DNA from: Balanoglossus misakiensis
Taxonomy: Eukaryota > Animalia > Hemichordata
Reading direction: 5' to 3'
NCBI GenBank assembly: GCA_040954595.2
Contig: CM082592.2
Location: forward strand, 10,378,731 to 10,442,730
Length of the DNA stretch: 64,000 nucleotides
Shown here one piece after another: positions 53,101 to 64,000 of the stretch (position 1 is its first letter; each line of letters opens with the position of its first letter). The translations under genes were made by a program, and so were the position numbers. The notes under the pieces are model-generated. The model had not been told where the DNA came from and did no database searches. It saw nothing but the letters and a program-made list of their open reading frames with translations.

Positions 53101-56100
53101 TGTTATATATGGTGGCGTGTTCTGGTAGTTAATGTTGACTGCTGCAAGACTGAATGATGTTGGCCCTGTGAATTCCCCTTGCCCAGTGTCGGTCTGTCTT
53201 CGTTTTCTTCGGCTCTCCGTCGTCTCGTCTGATGTGGTGGAGCAAACCTGAAATGTATGACAAGTTGATCAGACCAGAGTCCATGGAAAGATATTTGTCG
53301 GGGGCTGGGTGAAGAACATGCTATATGCTAAATGTTCAGTGTCCTGACATCTATAATTATTTTGACATGGATACAGATCTGTACTGCACTGTACAAGTGT
53401 TTCGTACACTACACTACACTACACTACACTACACTACACTACACCACAGTTTATCAGTTAAAGTTTCTTTGTACATGTAAGGTGTGTACTGACCTGCACT
53501 GTCAGAGTGGCTGCATCCAAATCATATTCGTATTGATCGTAGGTATCATCACACGTATGACTTGCATCATGCCATTCACTCAACTCTGAAATACAAATCA
53601 TCTCAAAATTAATGACAATGCAACCTAGTTATACTATGTCTTAACTTGGATATATATACTGGTATACTCAAAGAATGTTTAGTTTGTAGGTTGTACTGTG
53701 AACGACACTGAGTATAAAATGTTGGCTATACAATACAGATTCCAGAGAAGTACCAATACTAATTTTTCCATACCTGTATTCCAGTAAAGAAGCCTAGGCA
53801 ATGCATCATGCTGGTAGTCAGACATATTGAAAGCAACCGTTATGTTGAGTTTTCCATTGACTGGTATTCCATTCAGGGATGTCAGGTAGAAATTATTATC
53901 AAGGAACTTGTGTATCCTGCAATGAATCAATATCACCATGATTAGTATCTCATCCTTTTAATTGTGATGTTATCATCTTACAAGTCACATTGTCTGGACC
54001 AAAATATACTTATTTAAGTTTCATACATTATGAGATATCAGGACAATATTTTGGGGGGAATACACAACTAAAGCTGAGTCCAAAACTTGGAGTCTGGTTC
54101 TATCAATATTTAATTGTTAATGCAATGTATTTTTGACTGATTATTTAAAGTTACATTTTCGCACAGTATGAATTAATATGAATTAACCAACCTGTGTCTG
54201 AGTGCCCTGCTTGTTGTGTGAGACGTCACTGCAGGATTGACAATGTATGGTTTGAAATCCACACTGGCATCTGATGTATATTCCTGCTCCATATCTTCAT
54301 CTGACAATATCCCAGCAACCAATGAAGTGCCACCAGCTTGACCTGCACGTCAAAGGTCATTATAAATATCTGCTCAGTCAATTTTATTTGAACAATAGCA
54401 TGAGTCTCAGAGTTTTGAAAAATAGTTTTTTGCACATCGCTGTAGAATAAGACTTCAATCTGTTTTATAAGTACACAGCTTTTGGAAGATTCAAACAAAC
54501 AATAAAAATTCACATGCCTTTAGCTGTAGCTATGACAACAGATGGTTTGTGATGAGGTTCTGCATCTCTACGCAACTTGAGTTCCATCTGCTCGTCTTCT
54601 ATTGCAGTAACAATTTCATCATCTTCACCTGCATATCACAAAAGTTAGAAAAATGAACGATGATGGAGATGACAAAAGTGACAATCTTCTCATGGTTCAG
54701 GAATGACCAGAAATCCTTGTCGATATAAGAGACCCATGTGTCTACATCTGTGAGTAAAAATCCAACTTACGTTTTACAAGGACCTTGTTCATCTTGTAAC
54801 GACTACATCTATGTCCTTTGTTGCAAGCTTTCATTCCTGCATAGAGAATTCTGTGAAGGAAGCAGATATTGATCAGACAGAAACTAATCTGGTGATCAGA
54901 TTCAGCATAAAACATAAACAGTTGAGATTAAAAATGCTGTAAAAATAGATAACATACATAGTTACATCTTTCTTTTTTCTGTTGAAGCTTACCTTCCAGG
55001 TTCCATGAGAAATTTATTTGTGTAAATATCTTCTTCTCCATTCTCCAATCTCAATCTTTCCTCTTCTTCATCTTTTGGTTTCATAGCCGACAGGTTTGCG
55101 GATGGGGTGTCTTCAATAAGCAAGAGACCGTTCTCAATGCGTACAGATCCAGACCTGTTGTACCCAACTTGGATCTCGGGAATCACGTCTTGACTTTTGC
55201 CATCAGATGTCCCAACACTGAAATCTGTTGGTTGTGAAGTTGTGGAGTCAATAATGATCAAACCTGATCAGAGTACACGCACATCACCATATACAAAAAG
55301 AACTCTTTAAAATACTTATCATGTTCCAATTAACCCTTTCACCCCCAATTACCTCTGTAGAGGTCCAACCTGACCATAGAAAACAATGGGTTTGGACTGA
55401 ACCATGGTGGTAAAAGGGTACTCACAATATTGATCGACTAACTCATCTTCATCCACTGCTTGCCATTCCAATCCCAATGATGTCTGATCAGAACAGAAAT
55501 CCACATCAGCTATGCTGGCATCACGTCTGACTCCATTGCAGAGGGATGTTGTATTGGAATGAGTCGTGTCTGGTGCTTCAAGAATTACTGTGACTCCTGT
55601 CAAGACAAAATCAAGTCCTAGTTAGCTGCAGCTCTTTGCATTTTGTTGAAGTGCATGTACCTCAAATTATCTTGAATTTTTTTTCAAGATTCTGTGTTTA
55701 GATGATCAAAGAATACACACTGCAGATTCTTATGTACAACAAAAAAGAAAATAATGCACCATTTGTCCTGTCAATCACTGAGATCAAAAACAAATTAGAG
55801 TGAATCATATACCTGAAGTTGAATTAGTGGTTGATAATCCAGCATTGTTGATAGCTTTCACAGACACAAAATAGACTTTCATGTTTTCAAGTGACAGATC
55901 GCTCCGTTGAGCAGACATTTCCAAGCCAACTGATGTAAACTCTTGTATGTCTGTTCCATCTACTGTTGTTCCAATGGCCCAAAGGAATTCTTTGACCTTA
56001 AAATATTATAATTAAAGATAAAAGTTAGCCTGATCATCGTTAATTACACCCGGTGATTTCAACGTGTATTAGATATTGAAAATAAATGGCGAACAACTTC

Positions 56101-59100
56101 TGCACACTTACATGTATACAACATGTGACAATATGACTGCCTTCAGTCATTTTGAAAAACATAGTGATGATTTGAAAAGAGTGAGCTGGCCCTGCTCTGA
56201 GGCCGTACAACCAACCTGACTACCAATGTCAAAGCCATCCCATCTGACAGCAATAGTGGTGTTACTACTCTGATATTCTACCGGTTCAGAATCTGACCAA
56301 GCCATGTCAACATGGTAGAGTTCTTTCATTTCTGGAGGAGTGGTATCAACCAGCACACCATTCGATGACATCACTGCTGACCTTCCAGATCCTACATGGA
56401 AAGTAATTTGAAAAATTTAAACTGGGGCTGCATGTTACCATATTGATATTTCAAAATAATATTCCTCATCAAAGACAAAGGGCACATACCTGTGACAGCT
56501 TTGACAGTCAAATAATAAGTAACAGGCACTGTAGTGTTGTCGTCGATTTGTTGCTCTGGTTCAAGGTCTAAATCATTGAGTTCAACTTGGAAGAGTGAGG
56601 TCTCTGTATCTGAACAGCTTGTCTCACAGTTGAAGACGTCACATGGTTTAACACACGGCACACATGGATTCACAATCTGTTGGGGGTATAAGATGAAGAC
56701 AGTATTGCAGAGCAACTTGTGAAATAAAAAAAAACGTATATACAGACAAAACATCTCATCAACCATTAAAATGCTTGCAGATGCAGGTGTTTCATCTAAC
56801 CTGTCTAAATGGAACGACATCATCCAACAGTCTCTCTGAACCAACTCCCACAAAGAATGCCTCTATTGCATTGTCACCATTACGATATGGATCGCCAAAA
56901 CGACAAAGATTGTCTGCTGATGGGGGCAATCTGAAAAAAAAAATGAGAGACATATGAGAGACATTCATAAGTCACTGTACTACGGTACACTGTCTTATTG
57001 GTATTCTTTGTTATCGAATGACGTAAGAATACACTACCTGAGAAATTTAAATGAAGCCTCTGCAGATGGTGGATTGAAGATGTCGGTGATATCTGGTACA
57101 AAGTCCAATCGATTCCAAACAGACATCACTAGTTTGGTAGCAATACTCAGGTGATACACATTGGAGATATACGTGGTTGGGATTCCATCAATAAACAGCT
57201 CAACTGTCCACTCATCCTGGGTAAAAGAAATGGAAACAAAATTTAGTCAATTCTGTAATGAAATATTTATGTACGGTACCAGTAAAATTACTGTGTCACA
57301 AGTTTCAGAAAGTGAAGGCATGGACTTGCCTTAAAATTTCCATATTGCATGTATCATTTTAATTCAAACATCACAAGTGTGAGACTAGTCACATTTACAT
57401 CAACTGTCCATCTTGTTAATTTTACTAACCTTGGAGCCAACGGTATCTATGGTTACTTGCAGAGTGTACGTATGCCAAGCCTCGGCTGGATCAAATGATA
57501 ATTCCACAATCTCATACTTCGGCTCAAATGTGTCATTTTCATATCTGCTCCACAGGACTGCCAAGTGCTTGATATCGTTTCCAATGGCAACACCTGTATA
57601 GCAACAAAAAGAAAGTGGCGGTGTGAGGGAGAAATAATGAGACATGGCTGAGCAGTGGATACCTGGCAGCAAAGTGCCCTCTACTGGGCAAGAAACAAAT
57701 CCATATTGAACCAGATGCCACACAAATACAATAAATGTTATGATACAATGCATCATGGAAAATTACTATCTTATTTAGTGATCTCACCTGAATGAAGTTG
57801 CAGACCCAATGCATTCTGGGCCAGCATCTTTCGACTTTCGTCACCAGTGTAAGTTTTGCCAGGGAGTCCATCTTCAACAATCATCCCCTGATCGTTTGTG
57901 GTGACACTTGGTCCCGTTGGGGGTACGTTTGTAGGCATGGATGTTCTCATCAAGTATTCTGTGCAGTTACAGTCACAGTCTACAGAGAAAATCAGAAAAC
58001 AAGAGGACATAGTCTAGTGGAATGCAAATTCTCAAATTCTCACAATAAATACATGTACATGGAACATGTACCCAATTGTTCAGATTCATCTGTTTTTGCT
58101 GTTGGCCACAAAAGACACTGGTGAATGTTATCTTGGCATAAAATTACCTTCTGGAAATGCGACTGTTATTGTTTCCGTTGTATTCAAGTCAGTTGATGGA
58201 GTTGTAGACTCGTTTCCATGGTTCTCTATTGGTGTATCCTCCTCCAGCAAACAACATTTACACATTTCTCTTTCGATCACAAGATCTTCCCACGTTTTCT
58301 CTCCCAGTGGGGCATCAAAGTCACCAACAACACCATCCGGACCATCCCACATCACCAGACTCGTCACTGCATGGACATCGCCACCGGCAGCACGGATCTC
58401 AACCTACGGAATTAGTTGAATGTACAAAATTAATGAGACTCTCTGTATACAACGATCTCTTTTGTCTTTCACATTTCATTCTTTTCAAAACTGCCACCCA
58501 ATCCTTTACCAATCATGCTAATCATTTACAAATATGGCCACTCGTAACACCATTAATCATGGTCTTCTAAAGTCCAACAGACAGTACCTGATATTTTCCT
58601 CCTTCAGTGATATCCGGTTGTGTGTAGTAGTATGCACCAGAGTTCATTCTTTCTTCTTGTACGTCTCTGATCATAGTTATTGTCATACCGTCTTGTGAAG
58701 AATGGGACACCTACAGGTGAGGAGGAAGAATGCACAATATATCAGACATCAAAAAACACCTTGTGGTATGGACCTTTACAACATTACATCATATCTGGCA
58801 TGCTACATAAATCTGTCGTGGCAAACACTAATCATCGTCGTTATCACTTACCTTATCTGATGTAAATACAATCTTTTCCTCTGATTGGACAGACCAAATG
58901 CCTATATCAACAACAGTGGACCAATCAGAACTACTGGGTTGTTCACCTGTCAAGAATTCTCTACCTGGACACGCTTCAACATCTGGGTTTGGAAGGTGAA
59001 TGAACACACCTGCAAAAAATATGCAAGAAATGTCAATGCAATGAAATATTTGACACAGAGCTTGATCATGTCCATTCTCAACACCATCACTTATTGTGCA

Positions 59101-62100
59101 TTTGAAGAATTACATCAAAACCATCTATTTCATACCTTGCATTGATGATGTGGTACTCTGGTACATTCTGTCAGTTTTGTAATCGTTGCCATCTTTAACA
59201 GTGCCACTGACTGGATCCTTCAAGTCTACCAAGATTGGTGCTGACACGGTGGTCACTGACAAGCCAGCGTTGTTGGTTACCCTCAGATGAATGAAGTATG
59301 GAGTGTCGACCTGAAACGTTCACCAGTGGAAACCATGAGTTCTATCAACTTGTACACTTGAAACAATAGTTGATAAATGGAACTCCTTAAAATGTCTCAG
59401 AGGTTTTCGACACTTACTTGAAGTTGTAAATCCAACATGGTGTAATCAGATTCATTGGCAGATAACTTGATAAAGTCTTGAATCAGAGTGACGTCAGTAA
59501 TATCTCGACATGAATTTCCTTCATACAATGCAATTTCATGCTGACTGATACCACTTATGTCGTCATGGTAACCTTGCCATGAAAGTTCCAATTCCTCTGT
59601 TTTCTTGGAATACATTACAGTCTGAAATTCACCAACGGCAAACAAATCATAAATGGGCTTGAAAAACATCACAAACAAACTGCAGTTGATCTACTGAACA
59701 TAAATATTTCTGAAAAAACAGTCATACAGTTACAAATGGATGAGCTTTAATTTTATCAGTACTGAATATTGAGCAATCTGCCAACTGCTGTGACTGATAT
59801 CATTCTGAAGTTTCTTTCAAGCTGGATTCAAAGAGTTCATCACTTACAGAATCCCAGAAGGCACCAATTTGTAGACGGCCTTCCTCGGGTGGAGTTGTAT
59901 CGACAGTGAAGGACTCAGTTGTCAAGGAACACTCAGCTGCCTCATCTGTTGCTATGACAACCACTGTGTAGGTGTGTCCCTCTTCAAGGTCAAGGTCATC
60001 AGGAATGACTATAGTGTCTTTCAAAACATTGGTCAGATCATGTTTGTCGAACAAGTGTGCATATTCAGGATTGGCATTGACTTCTCCTTGATCGTTGAAA
60101 TTTTGCTGCAGGAATAAAATATTCAAAGCATTCAGACATTAAAGCTATAAGACTACAAATTTTGCATGTTTTCAAACATGAAAAAAATACCTGTGATCAG
60201 GCTGCAAACATAGCCCAGCATGTTCAGCCTTTTGTTTCCAAACTACAACTGGACTAAACTATCATCTTCATCAACAACAATTCAATGCAAAATGAGTGTG
60301 GACAAGTCAAACATGTGGTGTGCAAAGTAACTATGGAGCAGAGGAAGAAAGTGTCAAAAGAAACCAGAAATGAGTGTAAAAACTCACCAACTGATTACAA
60401 GTCAGTGTATTCAGGTTATCTTCTTGCGTTCCAAGTCCCCACTGATAGAACATGATTGGCATGGTGAACTTAAACCCTGACCAGGAGATTGTCATTTCAC
60501 TGGTCGATGAGATAAACCTATTCACAAAATAAAATCCAAGTATTATTAACGTATGTCATGTGATGCTAAAATGTTGAGACAGAAAAAAGAGGTTATCTAT
60601 ACTATACAAGTTACAACAAAACTGTACCTTGGCACTGTTATTTCCCCAATAGATATCGCTCTTCCACCATAACCAACTCGAATTCCGTTTGAGGTCTGTT
60701 CCACCATGGCTGTTGAAACACTGTATGCCCTCACTGTTATGTAGTAAGTCACAAGTCTTGGCGTCAACATCAGATCTGTAAACGTGTGTGATTTGTTCAG
60801 ACCAACATCGACAAACGGATGGATGTCTGTACGTCTTGTGGGATATCTTCTATCGGTTCCTGCTGCTACTTCATAGCGAGATATCACTTGCTGTTCTCGG
60901 TTTCTCGTATCACCTGTAAAATCATTAAAAGATTATTCAGTCGATCAATGGATTGTTAGACTATCTCAAAACCCCGCTTATCACTGTATTTGTCGGGACT
61001 CGTTCAACACCAAATGTCCAACTCTGCCAGACATGTCAATGCTGAAAGAACAATTTGATAGAGGTTAAATTATCATTTACAATGTTATACACCAGTATTT
61101 CTAATCATTATCATTTATAATGCTCACCTGGAGTAAGTCCTTCAAAACCAAAACCGTCCCAGTTGGCCGATAAGGCAGTGACCGACGGCTGGAAGTTGAT
61201 GTCAAAGCCATGGACATCACCATCTCTTACATTTCCAGGAAGCAGAGGTTCCAGCTTGATCATTACACCATCTGATCTCAGAGATGTGGAATATCCAAGC
61301 ACATTGGTTGCCCGGACAACTAAATGGTAGGACTCTCCATCACTGAGAGTTAGCTCGTCATTCATGCCGTAGGTTTGACCTGGAATGTAAACAGGAACTG
61401 TAGCAGGCAGAAGATCCACTTATAAAAATAAGAAATAAGAATTTCCAGATCTGCTATTCTACTATTCTACAGTCACATCTCCACACAGACTTACCATCAG
61501 GCAGCTCCACCATTGCTTGAACTACAGTTCCATCAAATCTCATGATAGACCATTCATATTTACTTATTGGACAAGGATCACCACTGAAATCCCATTGACC
61601 ACTGATCATATCGTTATTTTCCTGATAATCACTGGTGAAAAAAATTGAGAGAAGAAAAATATGTGGGAAATATTTCAAAGCAGTTTCACTGACAGTACAC
61701 TTCCTTATTTGGAATACTGAACTGCAGCTTAGATCCACCAATTGACCAGACCTTGATACATTTCTGTTCTTAACAATCATCAGAATTTGTAATGCACCTT
61801 CAAATTAACACAACTAGATCTGAAATAGGACTTACAGATCTTGATCACTGTTTCCATCCCAAACATAGTTGTTTCCAAGTGGTTCAATCCCCTGACTAGT
61901 TCTGCTGATAAACACACCATTCGAAGTAGCAGTGGCAGTTAAACCGGCTGCATTGGTTCCTATCACAGTCACATAGGCTACCCGGACACGACTCAAGTCG
62001 ACATCATTGAAGACATGGTAGTAGGAATCAATGGCTGCATCTTGGAAATCCTGTATCTGAACACCACCTGGTGTTGTGCCAGCTGCCACCTGGTATCTAT

Positions 62101-64000
62101 GGAGTAATCCAATCAGCAAAACAATAAATAGTGGCTCCAAATAGAAGAGACTAAAGTTAAAATTTGACTAAATGTACAGGACATGGCTCATGTTGACCAA
62201 TAATCATTGATTTTCTTTAAACATACAAGATCTTACCTAGTAATGGGAGTGTCAGGATCTGTGAATGGTTGCCAGGTTACAGAAATCTGTGTCAGTGATT
62301 TCTGACAGACAACATCCAATGCATCACATTCTGTTCAAAGCAAAAAAAATAAAATAAAAGAGTTTGGTTTGCATTTGTGTGTGTGTGTGTGTGTGTGTGT
62401 GCTTGAATTGCAACCTGCTTTAGTAAATACCATCATGTCCACCTACCTTCTTCAGTGATACAAGTTGTTACACCATCATTGTCACCATCATCTGCATTGA
62501 CATTCACTTGATCAACTCCAGTCAGCTCTACAACTTTACCAGCAACTGGTGGTGTATCATCAACTACTATTGCAGAAGAGAATGCCCTGGCTTGCAGACC
62601 GACATAATTATATGCTATCACCGTGGTGAAGTATCTGCCATGGTCTTGTAGTCCACCATTTTGTAAGTCTGTTTATATCACGGATGGAAACAAGCAAAGA
62701 AACAGATGACAATATGTTGAGAAGTAACCAGTAACAAGTCATTGTTGGTGACAGTCCCTGGAAGTGGAAGAATTCAATTTTGAGGAAATCAAAGAAAATC
62801 TGGCCACATTGCACTTCAAAATGCCCAATAGGGAACACTGTCAACTAACCTCTTGCTCTGTAACTGGTTGTGTCAGCAGATAGTTTCATAAATGGAAACA
62901 ACGAATCATCTCCTTCAGTCGTACCAATACCCAATTCATAGTATGCAATCTTGCTTTCTCCATCGTAGAAATCGGACCAGCTGCAGGACAGTTCATCAAT
63001 AGCTACACTATATGCTGGACAATTCACAACTCCTGCCACAGGTGGTGTAATGTCAACAGTCACACTGCCAGAAATTGTTTGACGAGCAAGACCAACCTGA
63101 GGAAGTAATAACAGCAACAATTAACAGAAAGCCATTACTTGTGACTAATTGAGAATAAAATGAGACACTTAGACACTACTAAAAGAAATACAACTTAGAT
63201 AAAAGTAACAACTTCAGAAACACCACAACAGTAGACCTACCTCATTCTGAGATGTCAATGTCAGGATATTTGGTTTCCCGTTCACTATTGGCGTGACAAG
63301 ACCATTGGGAATACTGAAACCCTCAGTGACATGAGTGATGTCATAGATGTCTGATGCCCCTGGAAAGCTGCCGTACATGAATGTGGTGTTCTGTATTCTG
63401 CTCTCATCTTCAGTGATCGTCCATTCTGCAGTCAGTGAGTCAATTGATTCCTACAAACAAAACATAACCAGGAGCAACTTGAGAAATTGGTTGTGTGCGA
63501 TAATCAAATGTGTGATAATCAAATGATCATATCATAACATTTCTTCATATCACTTAATAAAGTGCTCCGTCGCATTATTTAATATTACCTGATAATGAGC
63601 TGAGTTGACATCCAAACTAATGCTTTCATTGTCAACAATCACTCCCAAACTATTAATGGTAATCATTGGAGATGTACGGTCCACAGTAAAACCATCCGAC
63701 ACAGAGTCCAAGATATCACCAGCACCAGTAATGGCTCTCACTGAACTGTAGTAAGTGACGCCACCTTCTAGGGTCAAAGGCGACTGTGCTTTTCCTGAAC
63801 CACTCAGACCTGCAAGAGATATACAGGGTATCTCATGAAAATACACATAAACACATCAGATAGAGATCATTCCATTTACCAATGATATAGGGGTGATAGC
63901 TTGCACAGGTACTTTACCTTCTCCTGGGTTATCATGCTGGTCTGACACAACGATCCCTGTGCTAGTATACGGCTGTACATCATCCAATCTTGGTTCTGTA
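50157..64000 (-). CDS. Very large single-pass (type I) membrane protein: FN3-like repeats, ConA/GH16-like insert, cadherin-like and EGF domains, TM helix, NPxY tail (3' part; 35 exons, ~2400 aa in window)
   Basis: Phase-consistent exons, in transcript order: 64000-63918, 63809-63589, 63450-63241, 63096-62850, 62668-62447, 62330-62237, 62096-61836, 61631-61495, 61379-61128, 60913-60628, 60517-60388, 60105-59848, 59621-59418, 59310-59136, 59009-58852, 58710-58588, 58403-58148, 57979-57788, 57593-57430, 57216-57038, 56930-56801, 56676-56490, 56391-56216, 55996-55813, 55596-55426, 55263-54993, 54850-54771, 54628-54518, 54342-54192, 53916-53774, 53585-53494, 53247-52141, 52008-51830, 50723-50471, 50294-50157 (stop TAG). 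Repeat motif D.TPP..G.V...W..F.D.ES.I..Y...GT..G...Y...V.A.N..GL. EGF-like CMNGDC...CNCTAGYAGDYC and Ca-binding-type DFDECESNPC. TM segment VGISVAVVAAVLIIIIIALVWY. Confidence 0.88.
50991..51021 (+). repeat. (AAAC)n microsatellite
   Basis: About 7 perfect units. Confidence 0.9.
51580..51717. mobile_element. 138-bp inverted-repeat (MITE-like) element in an intron of the receptor gene
   Basis: tgtagatgttcctcagaaggctatctgcga versus tcgcagatagccttctgagggacctctaca is 28/30 complementary. No clear TSD. Confidence 0.7.
53405..53443 (+). repeat. (ACACT)n microsatellite
   Basis: About 7 pentanucleotide units. Confidence 0.9.
55330..55420. mobile_element. ~90-bp piggyBac-like mini element next to a splice donor
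   Basis: TTAA-CCCTTTCACC...GGTAAAAGGGTA. CCC/GGG termini after TTAA are piggyBac-like, but the right TTAA is not intact. A similar aaccctttcaacccc start occurs at ~22904. Confidence 0.5.
62376..62401 (+). repeat. (TG)n microsatellite
   Basis: About 13 dinucleotide units. Confidence 0.9.

Overview
Eukaryotic, AT-rich, intron-rich animal DNA. It is probably a marine invertebrate, but the taxon cannot be determined from the sequence. All gene models were built by hand from splice sites and reading-frame phase; no database search was run. The window has four parts. (1) 1-24.5 kb, + strand: the last six coding exons of an FBXW8-like WD40 gene, preceded by about 19.9 kb with no recognisable coding exon (probably one very large intron) that carries tiny palindromic TAG...CTA insertions with 9-bp target duplications. 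(2) 24.8-33.6 kb, + strand: a complete 22-exon gene of about 1405 aa with an unusual architecture of B-box, coiled coil, extended Tudor, ~530-aa acidic disordered region, second extended Tudor, Pro/His/Ser-rich region and CCHC zinc knuckle. It is a candidate germ-granule/piRNA-pathway factor with no RING domain. (3) 34.3-49.25 kb: a ~15-kb array of an 87-bp satellite with divergent monomers on both edges, 28-mer and 26-mer higher-order duplications and a dyad-rich monomer. It fills the gap between two convergent poly(A) signals. (4) 50.2 kb to beyond 64 kb, - strand: the last 35 exons (~2400 aa) of a very large single-pass membrane protein. It has many FN3-like repeats, an inserted ConA/GH16-like module, a GPS-like motif interrupted by a furin site (RRKRR), cadherin-like and EGF domains, and a tail with NPxY, ITIM-like and two PxxDY motifs. 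Most short ORFs in the track, including all satellite ORFs, are probably spurious.
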